Part shown: positions 60,790 to 64,000 of the stretch, piece by piece | How the letters are laid out: every line of letters starts with the position of its first letter | Numbering within the stretch: position 1 is the first letter of the stretch | DNA from: Camelus dromedarius | Taxonomy: Eukaryota | Direction of reading: 5' to 3' | Assembly: GCF_036321535.1 (NCBI RefSeq) | Contig: NC_087447.1 | Location: 52,888,001-52,952,000 of the forward strand | Length of the DNA stretch: 64,000 nt | Notes under the pieces: generated by a model | What the model saw: only the letters and a program-made list of their open reading frames with translations | What the model was told of the DNA's origin: nothing | Databases searched by the model: none | Program-made: the position numbers and the translations under genes

Positions 60790-60885
60790 TTCCTCTTATC
60801 CTTTATCCAGGCACAGCTGCCACAGTAGATGAGTAGATGACTAAATGACTGAATGAATGAATGAATGAAAGAATGAATGAGTGAC
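60790..60885 (+). repeat. L2 3' tail with (TGAA)n
   Basis: GGCACAGCTGCCACAGTAGATG...TGAATGAATGAATGAATGAAAGAATGAATGA. Confidence 0.75.
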
Positions 60886-63029
60886 AAAGCATCAGTCGGC
60901 TGAAAGTTTAGCAGAAGACCTCACGGCTAGCAGAGGAGAGTCCAACTTGAACTTAAGTGGAAGTACCCAGCCTACAGCAGCCCTCGGCGATCCCTCAGTG
61001 GGTGGGAGGCAGACTTAGGCCAGGCAGAACCTAAATAGTTAGGAGTGTTAGTAAATGCCTTCTGAACAAATGGACAAATACACCAGTTTTTGTGAGCTGG
61101 CACCTAAGGAGTTAAAAATAAATCTGCGGCTTTGTCCCCGCTCCCCTATCATCTAGCCCAAAGCAATACTACTATCATCAATTTCACACTTGGGGAAGGG
61201 GTCCCAGGACATACTTCTTTATAAATAAGGATTCTATACTTTTTTAAAGATAGTTGGAGACCACCGGGCTGGGGATCAGTTACTACAAGATGGCTCAGGA
61301 AGATCGCCACATTTCTGATGCAGGGGAGGGAGGGGGCGGCCGACAGCTGCTGTTTACCTTGAACGCCACTATTTCTCCCCTACCTCAGTACCATCGTACT
61401 CAGAAAACACATCCAGCTTGCGTCCGTGGAGTGATTTAGAGATAACAAAAGGTCTTACACACATTATCTCAGCAGCTCCCAGCAATGACTCCTGAGAAAT
61501 GAATCAAAGACACAGGGTCCTCTCCAATTTAAAGATGAGAAAACTGAGGCTGAAAACTCTGAGTAGCTGCAGAGCCTGGGCTCTGAGAATTGCCTCGGGC
61601 CTCTGTGGGGCTGCCAGTCTTTGCTGTCATTTTTCACTGAACAGATTCCACTTTGCTACAAAGTTCTTGAGAAGAAACACACTCTGGCCACCTTGCCTGA
61701 TCTGGGCTGGAAGGGCTCTTTTGGAAGCAGGTGTGTGAGCTGGGGATGGGGACCCTAGAGAAGAGGGTCATCAGACTGTGGGATTCGGGGGGCACTGCAT
61801 TGCAGAAAAATAACCCCATATGCTCAAAGTACCTCCTTGCACCTCTGCCAGGCAAAGTAGCTTTTAAAGGGGAGAGGAGGGTCTAGACCACTGGGTAATG
61901 AGTCTTTCTCGGGAACTGCTCTGTCCAGAAAACTTGGCATTTATTGTGACTCCATTTCCATGAGAACCCAATCAACCAACTCTCTCTGAACAAAACAGAG
62001 GCAGAATGTTAGAGCAGACAGAGCACTGGATGGGAGTCAGGGAGCCTGGTTCTCACACTGCCTCTATCTTTGAACACTTAGTAACATTCCTTCCCACAGC
62101 CCTTTCTTCATTTGTAAACCAGGCCAAACAATGCCAAGGCTTCTCTTCCATCCCAGCAGCCTCCTTCCTTCTCAGCTCTGCTTCTCTTGGTTGTAATTCC
62201 CAGACGTGAGGCCATTTGATCAGGATGTTTGTCTGAGCTGGATGTGAGCTGGCCTCTCCTGGTCCTTGGCTCTGCAGGCTTGTGCCTGGACCTGAACTGC
62301 CCTACGTGGTGGATGATACTGGCTCCTGATGCAGGCTATGGGAAGGCCAGTTGCATACATTTCTATGTGAGCCATGGGCTCTTTCATCCTCCACCCACGA
62401 GCTAAAGGAAATCACGTGACCTCCCTGTCCAGAAGGCTAAGGCCATACCTCATGGCCCCAGACCATTTCGTATTTGCACGATCAAATCCAGCTACTGTAA
62501 ATCATCTGTACAGTCTCTTTCTTTTTCCCTCCCAGGGGTTTGGCACTGAGTTCAGAGCAATGACTAACTTCAGGGATCAGATTCCTGCTGCTAAGAAGTT
62601 AATTAAAATTCCAAGGCCTGGGGTGGCTTTGCTTTCCCCCTGGGTAGGACGGGAAGGGACCAAATGCAATCAATTCAGCCCTCCTTCCATTCCTTCCCCA
62701 GGTCTCTCTGACCCGGAAGATAGGTTTTGATGAAGAGAAAAGGAGAACAGGCAAATGGGTGAAGTTAAGAGAGGGAGAGAGAAAATAAAGACAGTGCGAC
62801 CAGTTCTTCCTGCTCTGCTGGTGAAGTCCACACCAGGGCAACGCCACCTGGAAAATAACGCGGCCTTGAAGAGCAAAAGCTTGAAACTGTTCCTGTCATT
62901 TGACCAGTCATTTCTCTTCCTCAAATCTGGCCTCAGGACCCAATCAGAAATGCAAATTGAGCTGTGTGGACGTGAGCGTCCATCACAGGGCCACTTCTTA
63001 TAAAAACGAATATTGGAAATCACCTAAAA

Positions 63030-63345
63030 GTCTGATCTGGGATTGGTCATATAAATGACGACTCATCTATGTGGGATGGAGCATTCTGTAGCAACTTAAA
63101 ATGATGTTTCTGAAGATATTCTCATGGCGTGGGTAAGTGCTTATGAAGGAATGTTAAGCAAGTCAAGCAGAACAAATTTTGGGGAAAAATATCAATAATA
63201 ATATGTAAAGATAAAATATGCTTAAATATTCTGGGAAGAACATGCCCACATGTTATCAGTGGTTTACTCTTGGATGGGGTCAAATTTGCTTGAGTTTTCT
63301 AATTTTTATAATGATTCTAATTCTTTTATAATTATGAAAAAAGAA
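63030..63345 (+). mobile_element. Old L1ME 3' fragment
   Basis: GATGGAGCATTCTGTAGCAACTTAAAATGATG...ATGTTATCAGTGGTTTACTCTTGGATGGGG...TTTTATAATTATGAAAAAAG. Confidence 0.7.
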
Positions 63346-64000
63346 CAGTACAATTAAAGAGAACTGAAGAGCTATTTTCTCCCTTGAAACCATGAATGCT
63401 CTGGGCCCTCGGATGGGTAAGGTTGGCCTAAAGGCTCCTGGCACCACCAACCACCAGACCAGAAGAGTTCTGTATTTGAAGGCCAGATGAAGATGCTGTC
63501 AGCAGTGATCTTCCGACAGCTACAGAATCATCTTCCCTACGAAGCCTTTGTGGCTCAAGTCAGGTGCTTCTTCCTGTGCCCTGTTCCCTCAAATGGCCCA
63601 GCTGTGCTTTACCATCTAAAGGATCTTGTGGCACTTCAGAGATGGGAGAGACCTCAGAGGTCATTTAGTCCATTCATTCATTCATTCATCCATTCATGTA
63701 TTCACTTATTTATTCTCTACTTAGTGCCCAGCCTGCAGTGAGGTGCTCAGTAAGTATTTTCTGAAAGACTTCTGACTGACCCTGATTAGTGCCAATAAAG
63801 TCCATATTGTAACTATTCTGGGATTTGTCTTCAAGCTTGGCTTCCCAGGCAAATTGCTCCGCTGGGGCTGACTTGTGCCCTGCTGGCCTCCCTGGACTTT
63901 GGAGGCAGCTCATTCCTGCTTACTTCCATGTAGTGCCCTGAAAGCCGATGATGCCCTGGCTGCCAGAGGTCACACGCTGCCTGCCAAACTCTACTTCCTC

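Noticed and set aside
1..64000. CRISPR array, operon, intact provirus or other novel multi-gene system
   Set aside because: The DNA is mammalian and repeat-rich. I saw no regularly spaced repeat-spacer array and no long ORFs, and the LTRs appear solo with no gag/pol/env sequence recognised.

Overview
Mammalian, non-coding genomic DNA, most likely from a camelid (alpaca, llama or camel). This is inferred from a Vic-1-type tRNA-derived SINE at 6914 and cetartiodactyl/camelid-type L1 3' ends; I recognised no ruminant BovB/Bov-A2, pig PRE-1 or primate Alu. I found no credible protein-coding gene, RNA gene or prokaryote-type system. The six-frame ORFs I examined are explained by repeats, microsatellites or chance. 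The window looks like a gene desert or very large intron. It holds many ancient MIR/L2/L3 fragments, MaLR (MLT1), ERVL and ERV1 solo LTRs, hAT DNA-transposon relics (MER5, MER58, MER94), a HAL1 relic and several age classes of 5'-truncated L1, many with readable target-site duplications (TSDs). Between the repeats are about ten repeat-free, homeodomain/SOX/GATA-motif-rich islands that look like conserved developmental enhancers; this is inference and conservation was not tested. The most notable items are a MER41-like LTR with a STAT-type motif, a perfect 71-bp tandem duplication, a twin-primed (5'-inverted) L1, two multi-level nested insertions and a CpG-rich palindromic (GATC)6 repeat. Repeat family names are from recalled consensus sequences, not from a search. 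Boundaries without a TSD are approximate.
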